From a virus (Duplodnaviria > Caudoviricetes): DNA of 34,745 bases. The position numbers and the translations under genes are program-made. Numbering within the stretch: the stretch's first letter is position 1; each line of letters opens with the position of its first letter. Under the pieces are notes generated by a model, which did no database searches, had not been told where the DNA came from, and saw only the letters and a list, made by a program, of their open reading frames with translations. Location: positions 1-34,745 of the IMG/VR virus record IMGVR_UViG_3300017747_000930; one strand, given 5' to 3'. Of the stretch, positions 33,564 to 34,745 are shown piece by piece.

Positions 33564-33594
33564 AAGTTATCAGTTGGGCTGTTTTAAGTTATCA
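33560..33594. repeat. 13-bp direct repeat TTTTAAGTTATCA x2, 22-bp period
   Basis: 33560-33572 and 33582-33594; partial third copy TAAGTTATCA at 33786-33795. Confidence 0.7.
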
Positions 33595-33603
33595 ATAAAG
33601 TTG

Positions 33604-33633
33604 TTGACAGTAAAGATTAAGCTAGATTAATAT
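33604..33633 (+). promoter_or_regulatory. Early promoter with TTAA-N6-TTAA operator
   Basis: TTGACA-18 bp-TAATAT; AGATTAAGCTAGATTAAT is the exact reverse complement of 31501-31518. Confidence 0.8.
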
Positions 33634-33677
33634 TCAACTCAGCAGCACACATAACCGACTTTACTTAGGAAAATATT

Positions 33678-33878
33678 ATGAATTTAAATAAATACAAACT
33701 GGTTCAAGCTGTTTGCAATAACAAACGTTGTGTCTGCGACATTTATCAGTCGTATTGCTCAAAAACTGTGACTTATCAAATTGTCTAAGTTATCAAAAAT
33801 AAACCGAATGAAATCCTTGCTGAATTTTTGGATTATCCAAAAGCTTTAAAAGTTTTTCAGGGCATGCCAACTCGTTAA
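33678..33878 (+). pseudogene. Small gene with an internal in-frame TAA (33786-33788), or a 36-aa ORF
   Basis: AGGA RBS; the frame continues 29 codons past the stop and ends 2 nt before the next RBS motif. Confidence 0.45.
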
Positions 33879-33900
33879 TTGACTTTACTTAGGAGAAATC

Positions 33901-34158
33901 ATGAGTTTTAAAGACGTTCATCAAATAATTTCAGAAGCAAACACACAAAACACCGAATTACTTAGCCGCGAACTTGGCATTGAACTTGAAAACTTTGGTG
34001 CTGGCCTGTACCACGTTTCTATTTTGAAACGCAACTTTGGCTATCTGCGCGAAGATTACATTAGCTTGCGCGAGTCTTACGAAGAAATGGCTAAAGAATT
34101 AGAAAAACTACAAAAAGCTTTTGACATTCTGAAAGCAGAAAAGGCGGATTGGAAATGA
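33901..34158 (+). CDS. Hypothetical protein with C-terminal coiled coil
   Basis: AGGAG RBS; 85 aa. Confidence 0.8.
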   Translation: MSFKDVHQIISEANTQNTELLSRELGIELENFGAGLYHVSILKRNFGYLREDYISLRESYEEMAKELEKLQKAFDILKAEKADWK

Positions 34159-34241
34159 CTACTAATTATCCACGCCTAACCATTGCTTTCGTAATCGCAC
34201 TTGCGATCTTTGCCGAAACCATTGTGGAGTACCTATTATGA
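34155..34241 (+). CDS. Small single-TM peptide (28 aa)
   Basis: MTTNYPRLTIAFVIALAIFAETIVEYLL; ATGA overlaps at both ends. Confidence 0.7.
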   Translation: MTTNYPRLTIAFVIALAIFAETIVEYLL

Positions 34242-34429
34242 GCCAACGACAAGCCATCTTAGACTGCCTCAAGAAAGGCTGGAAAAGCCCCCTAGACGCT
34301 TTAAATGAAGCCGGCACTATGAAACTAGCTACTAGAGTCGGCGAGTTCCGCAGAATGGGCTATGTTATCTTAGACAAATGGTCTGCTGACCGACGTTACA
34401 AGCTTTATAAGTTAGTCACGAAAGGATAA
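34238..34429 (+). CDS. Small winged-HTH protein
   Basis: SPLDAL..AGTMKLATRVGEFRRMGYVI...YKL. Confidence 0.75.
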   Translation: MSQRQAILDCLKKGWKSPLDALNEAGTMKLATRVGEFRRMGYVILDKWSADRRYKLYKLVTKG

Positions 34430-34431
34430 CT

Positions 34432-34623
34432 ATGCAACAAACAAACAACGGAATGCACTTGTCTGACAGCTACATATACACACCCGCGACAACCGACGTA
34501 ACTATCCGTTGGCGCAAGCTTTACAACTGGATTCCACCGACAGAAAACCCTGATTACCAAAAGAAATGGGCGGCATTTCGTCACATGACGGTGCAAGGAA
34601 TCGAGTCTATAAGGAAAAAGTGA
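34432..34623 (+). CDS. Hypothetical protein (63 aa)
   Basis: AAGGA RBS; YTPATTDV...W...WIPPTE. Confidence 0.75.
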   Translation: MQQTNNGMHLSDSYIYTPATTDVTIRWRKLYNWIPPTENPDYQKKWAAFRHMTVQGIESIRKK

Positions 34624-34745
34624 TGGAGACATTTGCCAACATTTTGTTTGTCAGCGGTCTTTTGATGGGTTTTGGCTGCTGCTTTTTGGTAGCTGCCGCA
34701 ATTATGGCTGTGGTGCTTTTAGATGATTAAACGGTTTTGCACTAC
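34623..34745. repeat. Terminal direct repeat, copy 2
   Basis: Identical to 1-123. Confidence 0.95.

Noticed and set aside
33786-33788. Stop-codon reassignment in this genome
   Set aside because: It is a single case; TAA, TAG and TGA all terminate well-defined genes elsewhere.
32799-33894. CRISPR mini-array next to a Cas4-like nuclease
   Set aside because: The repeats are only 13-14 bp with irregular spacing, and the nuclease lacks the four-Cys Fe-S cluster of Cas4.

Overview
The window is an apparently complete ~34.6 kb tailed-phage genome: bases 1-123 recur exactly at 34623-34745, and genes read through that junction. The morphogenesis module is P22-like (podovirus): terminase, portal, scaffold, coat, gp4/gp10-like neck proteins and three ejection proteins. 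It also carries fibre genes, a lysis cassette, a GroES co-chaperonin and many small early genes. Transcription diverges from a symmetric promoter pair at ~31466-31518 and converges at 543/544. I see no integrase, CI-type repressor, helicase, primase or polymerase. The most unusual features are: (1) a C5 DNA methyltransferase locus read in two full-length frames on one strand, with motif IX and WxTP repeats in the alternative frame; (2) a ~400 bp gene-free structured region with its own promoter, containing a kissing-loop RNA, upstream of a truncated replication protein; (3) a GACTTTACT motif shared by that region and three early ribosome-binding sites; (4) a TTAA-N6-TTAA operator in the promoter regions at five loci. 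All product calls come from motif recognition by eye; no database searches were run.
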